In this document: positions 44,133 to 58,568 of the stretch, piece after piece
Position numbering within the stretch: position 1 is the first letter of the stretch
Layout of the letters: every line of letters begins with the position of its first letter
Source: the human T2T-CHM13v2.0 reference genome, Homo sapiens
Strand: one strand, 5' to 3'
Assembly: GCF_009914755.1 (NCBI RefSeq)
Contig: NC_060936.1
DNA length: 64,000 nucleotides
Position numbers and translations under genes: made by a program
Notes under the pieces: generated by a model
What the model saw: only the letters and a program-made list of their open reading frames with translations
Database searches by the model: none
Told to the model about the DNA's origin: nothing

Positions 44133-45452
44133 ATTCCAATTCTTACATTTTAAAACATTTCCTGGGACAGTTGTTGTCTTGAGTAGGAAAATCTAATTAT
44201 AAGCACTCCCAATTCAATTATACTTTCACTTGTGAAATCTTGTAATAGTAATAAGTTCATAATTATAATAACAATAAATTGTAATAACTTTCTTTGTTTC
44301 CTTTGGGATACCAGAGTTAAATTTCTGCCTGATTAATTTAGGGAAGCACACCAATCACGAAGATCCTGAACAGTCCTCAAGCAGGTGATTTATGTATGTA
44401 TTCATTGACCTATAGAGCTGACATGTAAACGTCTTCCAGAAAAGTACACAGTGATCACAGGTGCAGGGACCTTGAAATAATCTATTGCCCTCATATTCCA
44501 CCCAAAAAGAAAAATTTGTTACGTGGTTGTTAGATGTCCCAGACCTTTAGGAGATTTTCCTGAGGATCTTATCACCTAGAGCCACATTCTCAGCCAGAAC
44601 AAAGGAAACCCTCACTGCAGTATTCATGTCGTATTCCTTGGACCACTGGGAGCTCTTGCAGTAATTCATGATAGTTCTTGACTTTGCCCCTGAAATTGGA
44701 TAATTTTACCTACATAAAAACAGAAGAGAACATTAAGATACAACCTCAGCGTGTCTGGTCTTGCCTGGTGCTTGAATCCTCCTCTTTTGGTTGATGAATC
44801 TTGACTCATGTTTTAAATCAGCCGATAAATAAGATTTTTTGAGTACCTATAGGTGGCTACTTCAAATGAAGACAAAGTCATTTATAACACATGACCCTTG
44901 TTCTTAAAGAATCTAATAGGATCTACTAGAATCAGGCCTTCACTCACATAGATTATATAGGAAATAATTAAAGGCAGTAGAATGTCAGAGAAGGGATAAA
45001 TCATTAAGAGAAAGAGTCACCAAATGAGACTTCAAGGAGGAGGTAAGACTTTTTCTTGACCTTCGAATGAGCAGAATAAAGAGCATACTGATTGAAGGCA
45101 AACATGGGCTGACATAGAGCACTGCCCTGAAGTTCAGTGAGAAGACTGTCTTTCCCAGGAGGCAACACATCTGTGTGTCAGGAATGGTGGTGAAGCTGGT
45201 TGGATAGCATGCAGCCAGTTTAAGCAGGATCTTAAAGACATGGTATGTTTGGATGTGATACCACAGACAATGCACAGATAGGATTTAACATGAGTGAAAT
45301 GGCATTTTAAGGTGATTTTAATCCGTTGTTGACAAAATGAAGAAAGAATTGATTAGAGCCAGGGAAAAAGAGGCACAGCAAGTTTGTGATGATCAATGAA
45401 TGTGATCACAAAAGTCTAGACATGCAATATAATTTAAAAATAGATTAAAGGA

Positions 45453-45872
<420 letters not shown>

Positions 45873-46981
45873 TTAAAAAAGAAAAGCCTAGGCTCAGCCT
45901 AACTAATCATTCATCTATGCCCCCAAACAACTTCACACTTGGTTCTATAGATTCAAGTTCCACATGAGTCAGAATCCCTAAAGGACATAATCCTATTAGC
46001 AAAGGCAGTTATAAAGGAAGTGAGAAGTGGAAATTGACCTCTGTGTTTCATTAGCAGTCTTCCTCAGAGCAGAAGTGGGACAATACAATGCCTGGAGGAC
46101 TGGACAATTCATTGCAAGTGAAAAAGGGCTCCTGACACCTATTGTGAATTTTGCTTGCCTAAGAAGAACTCATCTCTTTCCTCCTTCAACTCTTCTGCCT
46201 AACCTTGTCAAGTTGCTGCAGGAAAGAAACATGCTTCTTTTTAGTTGGACACAAGTTTAGGAGATCTGTGATAAATCATGGCAAGAATGATTTTGACATA
46301 CTTCTTGGTCCTGGGCAGAGTCACAATGATGATATTCTAGAAACAAGGTTCAAATCTTTCCACACAAAGATGTGTACCTGTCAAAGCAGTGAAATGGCTG
46401 ACAGGACTTTTTCAAGCACCTCTAAAGGACAGGAGCTGGAGAACAGACTTAGGAGAGTGGGGCAGAAAATGAAAAATCCAAGTAACAAGCAGGAAGAAAC
46501 CTACAACAGTGGGTAGTCGTCTGACAGGCGCATATAGGTGGATGGAGGATGCTGTTATGTGAACCTAGCAGCAAGGTACAATATGTCCAAATAAGCAATG
46601 TCAGGGGGTCTGAGAGCAGGTAACAGGGACCCCAGCTTAAAACCTTGAGTTCAGGCACAGCACTCTGCATACTGGGGGACCTAGAGGGAAAGACAACATC
46701 CAAAAGACAGGGTCACAAGCAGAAGACCAGGAGACATTCAGGAATGGAGAATGAGACAGCAGATGACTATTAGAATTGAGGAACAGGCAGGGTTTTTTGG
46801 TCTCAAGAGAGCAATGCCAGTGACTCAATTACTAGAAATAAGTATGAAAAGGACAGACAACACAGCTTCCTTTACGAATGGATTTATTTATTATTAAGAT
46901 AAAATGTCTAAGATAAAAAATTTATCTAATGTTTTATTAATCTTCCAATCCCCTCCTATCAATTCTTTTCTTAAAAAATTA

Positions 46982-47267
<286 letters not shown>

Positions 47268-47472
47268 TGATACTATCTGTTTAGCTTTATCTTTTTAAAT
47301 TTTGACTAAATTTTCAAGCAGCCATTTTTCTGTCTGAATTGTTCCAGATAGTTTCCAGAGAAAGGAAGACAGGTTGTTGGCTAAATACCAAACTGCATCT
47401 CATCATTAGAAGGAAGCACACCAAATTTCATTTTTCTCCACCTTTATTAAGTGCAGATTTTTGTTTCTCATC

Positions 47473-47805
47473 CAGGAAGTTCTGTATTATCAGGGCAATG
47501 CTAACTTCAGTATAAATGACACAGAAACTATTAATAGATTATGACTATGATGAAACTGAAGTAGAAAACAGAAGTGTTCTGAAAAGAGAAGTAAAAAAAT
47601 GGAAGGGGGAAAAGGCAAAGTATTCTGCCTTCCAAGTTAGATAGCTATCTTTATGAAAGGACATATTTCAAAGGCAATATAAAGTCTTTATGGTGCTCTT
47701 ACCTACCTATATTTGAATTGGGGGATGCTTCACCTGCTTATTAGTGAAAGAAGAAAGAATACACTTAGTAAATTAAATTTTTTTTAAAACTTTGTCTTTG
47801 CTCAG
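47473..47805 (+). promoter_or_regulatory. Candidate intron-12 internal promoter and 5' leader of PTPROt/PTP-oc
   Basis: Known isoform initiates in intron 12 (recalled). Seen here: ETS CAGGAAGT 47473, TATAAAT 47511, TGAAACTGAA 47551, PU.1-like AAACAGAAGTG and AAAAGAGAAGT 47566-47592. The exact TSS cannot be read from sequence. Confidence 0.55.
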
Positions 47806-47945
47806 AACCAGCTCCACCCAAATCACTCTTCGCAGTGAACAAAACCCAGACTTCAGTGACTTTGCTGTGGGTGGAAGAGGGAGTAGCTGATTTCTTTGAA
47901 GTTTTCTGTCAACAAGTTGGCTCCAGTCAGAAAACCAAACTTCAG
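47806..47945 (+). CDS. PTPRO: PTPRO exon 13: [47 protein letters not shown] (5' UTR in PTPROt)
   Basis: tttgtctttgctcag|AA ... CAG|gtactg; 140 nt. Confidence 0.96.
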
Positions 47946-49299
47946 GTACTGTACCTTTTGATCTACCTTTTCTCAGTTAACTTAAGTAAGGCTAATTATC
48001 TGGGCAAAATAAGAATCTTCTATTTCTTTGAGCTATATAAAATGAAAACTGTTTATTTGCTCTTTTGTGTTTCACTGATAGAAATTAACAGCAGGCTTAG
48101 ACCAAGCCCAAAAGTTGTTATGAGAACTTTTATCTTTGTCTGTATCACTTGTTCCTAATTCATAAGTCACTCCAGGTCAGACAAAGGAATAAAGGTAGTA
48201 GGCCATTGAATTGATCAAGGGAAGAAAGACCCTACAATATAAAATATAATTTAACAAATATGAACCATTTGCCAAGTATATAAAGGCACTGAATAGAACA
48301 CACATGATAGAATCAATATTTGCCTTCAAAACATTTTTATATGGTGTAGACATTGCATAAGTATAGAAAAAAGTAAAGTAAAATATAAGTACCACAAGAC
48401 AGGTCCATTCGACCAAGAGAATTTAAAAGAAACGTGCATATCTAGTTTGTAAGGGGGACAGTCTTATTGCAAAATGAAGACTGAGAGAAGGTTATTGCTA
48501 AAGCTCTAGAATTACAAATGGCAGATACGATAAACAGAGTTATTCACCAGGTCAGAATGAATGAAAGGAAAGAGATGAACCTGCAGTTCTATGAGTGGCA
48601 ACGCCACAAGGAAAAAATATTTCACAGCCAGAAGTGAAAGGAAAAGGACAGATTTGTTAGGGATTTTACATAATATAGTGTGTAGACTAATACTGCGAAC
48701 ATAAGTAATTGATCTTTTTTAAATAATGAAGTTCATGAGATTGAGAAGAAAAAAGGAATGCTGGGAGTGCAAATCTTTTCATATTGAATGCTAAGATAAT
48801 TTGCTTTGATTCCTTTCTCCTTTTGAGATTCCCTTCTATGAATGTATCTCTTGTTGATTTGTACTGAACAGCTGAATTTTCTCTATTCTAAGAATCCTTT
48901 TGGAAAATAACTGCTCTGCCAATAATGGATTTTCTTCTCTATAACTACAGTGATGCCTTCCTTTAAGAAAACAATGGTTAGTTAGCTACTTACTACAACT
49001 GAGTCCTGTTAGCAAAAGTCTTTCCTTAGAATAATTCTTTTATAGAATAGTGAAAGAGAAGGAAGTGGAAGAAAATGCTGATGGCTCTCATTTCTTTATG
49101 CAAGGGTGTTTCAAAATCTTGTTTTGAAAAAAATGCTGGCTCATCTTTTGCTGTTGTACAGTAGTACTTGTCACTAGTCTGGCCATGGGTCCACCAAGTT
49201 AGCAACTTCTTTGACTCAAGAATAAGTTAATACTAAATGTTTCTTAGTGCGGATAGTTGCCATGTTTTAGTGGATGTTATATAAAAGCTAAGAATGCAG

Positions 49300-49757
49300 A
49301 CAAAGGTGTAGTGTCCTTAATATATAAAGAATTGCTACAAGTCAAAAAAGGTAAAGGTCAACAACCCAAAACAAATATTTCATAGAAAAATACAGAAATC
49401 TCTTGAACAGATGAAAACTTCAGCAACCTCACTTACGGTAAAAAAAAAATGCAAAATAAAACTACAATATACAATTTTCACTAGTAATAATGGGAAAGCT
49501 CAGAGTTTGCAAATGTATGGTACTGGAAAGAATGTAGGGAGGCAGGCATTGTCACGCATTGATGCCAAAGGTGAGTAACTTGCAAAATGTCTGTAGAGAA
49601 CTATTTTTCTATAGCTTTCAAAATTTTAAATGTACACTTTTTGACTCAGCAGTTCAAAGAATGTGACACTAGCAAAGAATATATGAGTATATGTGTATGT
49701 GTGTACGTTCACACATATATACATATTACATGCATATATTGTGTGTATATATGTGTG

Positions 49758-49790
<33 letters not shown>

Positions 49791-50240
49791 CTATATGCAT
49801 ATGTGTGTGTCTTCCCAAATTTGTGAAATGAAGTTCATTGTAGCATTGTTTGCAATAGCAAAAAATCAGAGACCATTTACACATTCATCAACCGGGGCTC
49901 ATTAAATAAATTATGGTATGTCCTTTCAACGGATTTCTGTCCAGCTCTTAAAAAGAATAAAACAGCTTAATCTGTACTGATATGGAAAAAGCACCAAAAT
50001 ATATTGATAGCTAAGGTAAAAAAATTAGCAGAATAATGTGTAGGCTAAGCCATCACTTATGTTTTTTAACTGTGTCATATATGTTCATACATCCATAAAA
50101 TGCATATGGGAAGAAAAATAATGCCTGACAACATGGAATAATGCTGCTTCCATGGAAGGGAATTGGTCAGATGGGGAATGGGGAAAAAAGGAAACATTTT
50201 TCAATGCTATTCTTTGTCATCTTATACATTTTTTACTCTG
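49300..50240 (+). mobile_element. Old L1 (L1ME-like) 3' fragment
   Basis: aatatataaagaattgctacaagtcaa; gttcattgtagcattgtttgcaatagcaaaaaa; taaataaattatggtat. Confidence 0.65.
49681..49810. repeat. (TA)n/(TG)n compound microsatellite
   Basis: atatgtgtgtgtgtgtgtgtgtgtgtgt. Confidence 0.9.
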
Positions 50241-50330
50241 TCAATCTATTACCAACTCAACTATGAAATATATTTTTAAAAAATATAGATGAAGTTAACC
50301 TAAAATTTACCTTATTTTCTGAAACCCCAG

Positions 50331-50463
50331 GAACCAGTTGCTGTTTCTTCCCATGTCGTGACCATCTCCAGCCTTCTTCCTGCCACTGCCTACAATTGTA
50401 GTGTCACCAGCTTTAGCCATGACAGCCCCAGTGTCCCTACGTTCATAGCCGTCTCAACAATGG
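50331..50463 (+). CDS. PTPRO: PTPRO exon 14: [44 protein letters not shown]; contains the PTPROt start ATG (50460-50462)
   Basis: aaccccag|GAA ... ATGG|gtaatt; 133 nt; ACAATGG has a strong Kozak context. Confidence 0.95.
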
Positions 50464-50559
50464 GTAATTATACACATTAGTGTATAATTTTCTCACTTTT
50501 TTTGAATATATATATATATATGTATTTGTATCAATATTCCACCAAGAAATCCCAAGCTT

Positions 50560-50755
50560 CGGAGTCAGAGAGTCCTTAATTTCAATCCCAAAGTGCACTT
50601 ACTAGCTATGGAGTTAGAGAAAGACATTTGGTGCCTCTGAGCTTTTCTTTCATCTGTAAAATTGGAATAATAATATGTAACTTTCTGAGTTGTTTTGAAG
50701 CTTAGAAATAAAATACTTAAATCCTTAGTATATGCTGTCTAAATGCTAGTTGCTA
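50560..50755 (+). mobile_element. MIR
   Basis: ggagtcagag...cacttactagct...catctgtaaaattggaataataat. Confidence 0.7.
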
Positions 50756-51275
50756 ACTCATCTCATCTTCTTCAGTAATAGGCACAGTACTCTTATCAAT
50801 CCAATTTCATCTATTTAGCCTTGGTCTTCATCTGTCACCGATCAGAGAATGACATAATTGATAACTGGGTCAAAGCAAGAAAGTTTCCAATCCAGCCAAA
50901 AGTATAAGTGGGAAAATTAGAGGTTAATGAAAGGTCTGGAATGATGCTGTTTATTTCCTTATTCTTTTCTTAGTTGTATTACATGTGTTACTCCTGGTTT
51001 GTTAGAGTCTGATTCTGCAACCTGAGACCCTCTATGAAGCCTCTTGTAATAAAGTCACTCATAACTTCACTGGTTTAGTTCCATTTCTGTAATATTAGTC
51101 ATATATTTAGCTGCTAAATTCAGGGATGACTGGAGCGGACTGTTTTCTTTTTTCTTTTTCTTTTTGGTTTTCTGTTTTTAATTTTTGTTTTTTCAGAAGA
51201 GAGGACAAAAAATATACCTGCAAAGTATTTTAATGGTCTCTCATTCCTACATCCTTGTACACTTTCTAAAATATA

Positions 51276-51713
51276 CAGTTGACGATGAATAATGAGAGAC
51301 TTAGAAGTGCCAACCTCTGCATAGTTGAAAATCCATGTATAATTTTTGACTCCCTCAAAACTTAACTACTCATAGGCTACTGTTGACCTGAAGTCTTACC
51401 AATGATATAGACAGTTGATCAACACATTTTTGTATCTTATACTTATTATATATTGTATTCTTACAATAAAGTAAGCTAGAGAAAAGAAAATGTTATTGAG
51501 AAAATCGTAAGGAAGAGAAAATATATGTACTATTCATTAAGTGGAAGCAGATCTTCATAAAGATCTTCCTCATGGTCTTCACATTGAGTAGGCTGAGGAG
51601 GAGGAGGAAGAGGAGGGTTTGGTCTTGCTGTCTCAAGGGTGGCAGAGAGTAAAGATAATCCATATATATGTGAACCTGCACAGTTCAAACTCATTTTGTT
51701 CAAGGGTCAACTG
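51276..51713. mobile_element. Tigger2a-type DNA transposon
   Basis: TIRs cagttgac...gtcaactg with TA on both sides; 438 bp; gagtaggctgaggaggaggaggaagagg interior. Confidence 0.9.
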
Positions 51714-52787
51714 TACCTTAATGTCCATCATTCCTTGTCAGCTCCATGACAATGTAGCATAACAGGTGATATTATTAAACTTATTTATAAATGAGGAAAA
51801 TGAGGCCCATAGGGCAGATGAAATGGCTTCTCTCCAAATAGCAGTACTCAAGCGAAAAAGCTCTTCTGATCATGCGTCCATTGTTCTTTCTGTTTAAGCA
51901 CTCTACTCATAAACTGGAGCCAAGCTGGCCCAAATGGGAAGTGGTAAATACCCAGAACCTTAGGGATCAGATGCACCTGCTCATTCTGTGACTTTATGAT
52001 CAATGCAAAAGATGGTATGAGTCCTCAGGCCCATTTTAAAGAGTTTTATAAGAATATTAAACCTATGTTCCTGCCTTTGATATCCTGTTCTTCCGTGTAG
52101 TATGAAGAAGTAGACAATGTGTAAGTGCCACAGGAGACAAGTCTTTATATAGAGTACATGAAAAGGACGTGACCCCTGTTCTTCAGGGCCCTACAACCTA
52201 TTAATAGGTTTTATCTCTTGAGCTGTGCAGATGGAAAACCCCTAAACATATGGCCACGGATCATCAGAATGTCTGCTTCTAGTAATGTGTTAAGTGCTTC
52301 AGCAGATGGTAGTTTGCTAATGTCTTTTTGATATACATTATTAGTTGTAAGCAAAGTATACAGTTGTGCTTTCTGACTTCAAAATCATGGGCGTAAAATA
52401 AGAGGTTGCCACCCTCTAAGCTTGTGAAAATGTTAAAAAACGATAATGCATGATAATGACTTCCACATTTTTAGCTTTCAAATGAATTTAAACTGTGGCA
52501 CAGGTATTCTTCATTCTTTAGTTTCCCTATGTAAGAATATCCTGAATGTTGTAGGCCTTTGAAAGGGACTCAATTCTTCCAGACACCTCAATACCACTTA
52601 TCAGTCTAGTTTGCTAAGTTACAGTTGACCAGGAAGAGGTCATTGCTGGCTTGGGGAACATGATTGTTACTATTATTGGTATCATCGTAAGCTCACTGCC
52701 CTTAAGACTAGATGAAAAGCAATGAATGGTTCTGTTTGGTTCCCTGTAAGAGAACCTATGATGAAAATGCACAACTTATCTCTTTAG

Positions 52788-52908
52788 TTACAGAGATGAA
52801 TCCCAATGTGGTAGTGATCTCCGTGCTGGCCATCCTTAGCACACTTTTAATTGGACTGTTGCTTGTTACCCTCATTATTCTTAGGAAAAAGCATCTGCAG
52901 ATGGCTAG
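52788..52908 (+). CDS. PTPRO: PTPRO exon 15, transmembrane helix: [41 protein letters not shown]
   Basis: atctctttag|TT ... CTAG|gtaagt; 121 nt; 25-residue hydrophobic run followed by the RKK stop-transfer motif. Confidence 0.97.
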
Positions 52909-54032
52909 GTAAGTTAAGTTTTACTAATATTTTATCCGGAATCTTTAAAATATCTTTATCTGCCATATATATATTGTTTTTGCACACCTAAGTTGTATAG
53001 CGGTATATTGGATTTTAGTTTTCAGTGTCTGTTTCTATTGTGTGTGTTTTCTAAATAGACTTCGAAACATTATATTGGAAAATATTACCATTGAAATGAG
53101 AAAGCAAAGGATTGCTTGTTTACACAAAGTCAGACCTCTTGCTATCAATCTTGGCATTTGAAGTAGCCCATATATGGAGATCCATTACATTTGGGTACTT
53201 TCATACACATTTGGAATAAAAGAAATATCTATGACAGTTCAGTATAGTTAATGAAAAAAGTTAATAAAAATGGAGATGACAAGAAAGAACGGGGTGGGGG
53301 GCGGGAAATCCTCTCCATAATTTTAAGCTGTTCTATTGGAAAATATTTGTACAGTTTATGATTAGGTCCATTAGCAGTCTCTATTAGTTTTATTCCTATT
53401 ACTCAGAGTTGCAGCCAGCTTAGTTTTTCTTGCAATTAGAAAAGCCTTTGATTTATGATTTCAGCTCTTCCCTGTTCCTTTGACCACTGATGCATTGCTC
53501 ATCAGAGCACATTCTCAAGTAGTTTCTGTGGCCCCCTGTATTATCAGAATAATCTATCAATTCCCTTAAAAACTGTTGCTTATTTGAATACTACTTGGTT
53601 TGGGAAATTTTGTTAACATTTATATTTGCCCAATATTAACCTGCTGAATTATAAATTAACATTCTTCTCCTGTCTCAGAGTTCTATCACTCACATATTTA
53701 TAAATAAATTCATCTATCCAATAGTGATCTAATCAGTGCCTGACATGGCATATCCAAAGAAAAATCAGACATCAAAGCTGTCCACTAGGAGCTTACTTAC
53801 CTAACTGGATATATGAATAGATAGATATATTTAAAGGCATAAGCTGACATGTAGCATAAAGGGGATTAAAAACAGGATGCCATGAAACTAGAGAATAAAG
53901 ACTAATTCTGAATGTGAAAATAAGCTTCTTGAAGGTTGGCATTTGAATAATCTTAAAAGGATAAGAAGAGATGTGGGATTGCACTGTAACTACAGTGGAG
54001 AGCTCTGAAATTACACTCCTTGAGGTCAAATC

Positions 54033-54338
54033 TTTTTTTTTTTTTTTTTTTTTTTTGAGACAGAGTCTCACTCTGTCGCCCAGGCTGGAGTGCAATGGTG
54101 CCATCTTGGTTCACTGCAAGCTCTGCTTCTCAGGTTCAAGCGATTCTTCTGCCTCAGTCTCCTGAATAGCTGGGATTACAGGCACGCACCACTAGGCCTA
54201 GTTAATTTTTGTATTTTTAGTAGACACAGGGTTTCACCATGTTGGCCAGGCTTGTCTCGAACTCCTGACCTTAAGTAATCTGCCCACCTCAGCCTCCCAA
54301 AGTGCTGGGACTATAGGCGTGAGTCACCATGCTCGGCC
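54033..54338 (-). mobile_element. AluS
   Basis: TSD tccttgag(g/a)tc(a/g)aatct. Confidence 0.95.
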
Positions 54339-55176
54339 TCCTTGAGATCGAATCTTGACTTCCAACTTGCGTGAATTTGTGTAGGTCACTGAAACTTCAT
54401 GCGTTCATATTACAAATATTGCTACATATATGACAGTATATGAAACAGACAAAAATATGTGCCTTCATGGAGCTCATATTCTAGTGGGAGAAATAGACAA
54501 TAAACAATAAAGATATAAGTAAAAGGACTGCCCCTTAAGTTAGCAGGTGATAAGGAAAGGAAACAAGGTCAGGTAAGGGAGATAAGCAGTACCAGTGTGG
54601 TGTTAGGGGTCCTAGGAGGTGGGTAGGCTTCACTGAAATAATGGCATTGGAGCAGAGACTTGAAGCACATGAGGGAGGTAGCCTGTGTTATCTGTGGGAA
54701 GAGTGTGCCCAGTGGCAAGAACAGCTGGTGTAAAGGCCCTGGGGTAGGAGCACGACTGGGATGTTCAAAGTGTAGCAGAGGGGCCGTTGTGACTAAAGCG
54801 GAGGAAGACAAGAGTAGAAGGAGATGTCAAGTTATGCAGGGCTTCGTATGCCTTTGGAAGGACTTTGGCTTTTACTCAGTAAAATGAGCAGGCATTGCAG
54901 GCTCTGGAGCAGAAGATTAACAGCATCTGACTTAGATTTAACACTTTCATTTTGACTTTTATGTAGAAAACAGGCTGTATTGAGGCAAGGACAGAGACAG
55001 GCATATCAACTGTGGTAGCCAGGAATCCAGGCAAGAGATGCTAATAGTTCAGTCCAGAGCAGCAACACTGAAGGCAGAGAGAAGCCATCAGATTCTGGAC
55101 ATATTTTGAAAATAGGAGCAACAGGATTTGCTAATAAGTTGATATGGAATGGAAATGAAAAAAGGAGTTGAGGCTA

Positions 55177-55436
<260 letters not shown>

Positions 55437-55556
55437 GAGAGTTGAGGCTAACTCCTGGGTTTTTGGCCCAAGCACTTGAAAGGATGGAGCTGCCATCAAC
55501 TGAGAGAGGATTCCAGGTCAGAGTTGGGGGAACATCAAGACTTCAGTTTTGGAAAT

Positions 55557-56084
55557 TGTATTAGTCAGAGTTCTCTAGAGGGTCAAAACTAATAGTACAT
55601 AGTAGTATATATATATCCTATTAGATATTATATATAGATATAGTGTGTGTGTGTATATATATATATATCTCCTATTATATATTATACATAGATATAGGTA
55701 TATGGGAGTTTATTAAGTATTAACTTCCACGATCACAAGGCCCCACAGTAGGCTGTCTGCAAGCTTGAGGAGAAAGGAGAGCCAGTCTGAATCTCAAAAC
55801 TGAAGAACTTGGAGTCCAATGTTGAAGGGCAGGAAGCGTCCAGCACAGGAGAAAGATGTAGGCTGGGAGGCGAGGCCAGTCTCTCCTTTTCACATTTTTC
55901 TGCCTGCTTTATATTCACTGGCAGCTGGTTAGATTGTGCCCACCCAATTAAGGGTGGGTCTGCCTTTCCCAGCCCACTGACTCATATGTTAATCTCCTTT
56001 GGCAACACCTTCACAGACACACCCAGGATCAATACTTTGTGTCCTTCAATCCAATCAAGTTGACCCTCAGTATTAACCATCACA
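55557..56084 (-). mobile_element. MLT2A (MLT2A1-like) HERV-L solo LTR
   Basis: reverse strand begins TGTGATGGTTAATACTGAGGGTCAACTTGATTGGATTG; internal (TA)n/(TG)n; perfect TSD GAAAT (55552-55556/56085-56089). Confidence 0.92.
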
Positions 56085-56198
56085 GAAATGTTAAGTTTGA
56101 GATAACTTGCAAGTGCAGGTGCAGAGTAGCCACCTGGACATAAAAGTCTAATGTTTGAAAGAGAATTTTTGGTTGAAGATATAAATTTGAGAGTTGTT

Positions 56199-56526
<328 letters not shown>

Positions 56527-56951
56527 TTAGACTGGATGAAATTCAGGGAGTAAATGTAAAAGAAGGCCCTGCATTAATCACTGGAACAATCAATATTAAG
56601 GTTTTCAGGGAGAAAAGAAGATAACAGTAAGCGACTGACAAAGAGGCAGCCAGTGAAGTATAAGGACAACTAAGGGAGTGTGGTGGCCTGGAAGCTAGGG
56701 GAACAATGTGTATGCAGAAGAGATGATAATTGCCCCTATATTAGTGGATACTTAGGAGCATTAACGCAGTAATAACATAGCGTAATACTCAACTCATAGG
56801 AAGTGTGCAGTAAATGTTAGCTCATAATAGTAATGGTGGAGGAGGTGGTAATAGATGTAATGCAAGTAGTGGTATTTCTGAGCATTTTTTGTGGTACATA
56901 CCAAAGATATTTAGGAGAGGTGGTTCTGATTCTTTCAGCTAGTTATTAAAG

Positions 56952-57407
56952 CATAGATTCTCATCATTTTTCATGCTATGATCCTTTTTGGCAGTCTGGT
57001 GAACTCTTCTAAGAATAATGCTTCCATTTTCTGTGCCTAAAATAAAATACATAGGATTATACAACTATATTGAAATATGATAATCATAATATTTAAAAAG
57101 CAAATGTGTTGTACACTTTTTAATTAGTATATTCAATGTCAATATGTAATAGTCTAACAATTTCATCATGGTGATGCATATGACCAATATTTCAAGATAT
57201 CTGCAGCAAGTCTATTATTAAAAAATATGTAATCTCTATTGTTAGCAAATCATCCATGTGGATATTCTGATGGTTTGGTACCTACTTTAATGATAGAAAG
57301 GACTGCTAAGTTTAGTCACAGGTTGTGAAAATAAATATGTACCCTTTTCCCACATATGTTCATAGAGTCCTAAATTCTATCTTTGGAACTCCAGATTAAA
57401 ACCCTTG
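56952..57407. mobile_element. Charlie4a-like hAT fragment
   Basis: ttttggcagtctggtgaa...agaataatg...aaataaaatacataggatta; ccagattaaaacccttg. Confidence 0.55.
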
Positions 57408-58162
57408 AGTTACAGGTAAAATAAATCCCATATATAGGAAATTGACATAGGAAAATTCATTAATGATGTGTAAATTATAATACACTATGATATTATATTA
57501 GTGTATTTTTCAAAAGAAGAAAATTGTTCTTGGAACACCTTAATAAGAACAGGTAGATAATTCAAGTAATTAGCACATTGTGCCAGTAATGTTAAAATCT
57601 CTGCTTCAGTTCTGAGTATTAAATCCATTAATTCCGTATAAAGAAAAAATGAGATACATGAGCCCCAATGAGCTGTTATTCATGCATGAAATTAGCCAAA
57701 AGATAGAGAAGGCATGAGAATATGTTTACTTTTTCTCTACTTCTGGAAAAAAAAAAAAAACTTCAACAGTGTTTTTACTAGCAGATTAATAGGCCACATT
57801 CCGGACAGTAGGCACACCAGAAGCTTGCCTATTTCAATACATTCCACTCTTTTATTCTAATCTCCAGTGATGAATAATACGGGCATCACAATATAAGAGA
57901 AAGATTTTGGAGGAAGTAAACAATCCACTTGATCCACTATCATTGTAGGGAGGAAATCAAAATGCCATAAACAAAACCCTACAAAGAATTTTTGCTAAAG
58001 ATGGAAAATGCTCAGTTCATCTAGGAGAGTTTCTATGTTACTATTAAAGGCTTTGTAAAAAAATAAATAAATATTATACCCCAAATAGTTCAAATATTTC
58101 TTTTAGAATCATGAATGCCCTTTGGAAAGGATTGTGAAGTGAATTCTTTTGGCCTCAAATAA

Positions 58163-58568
<406 letters not shown>

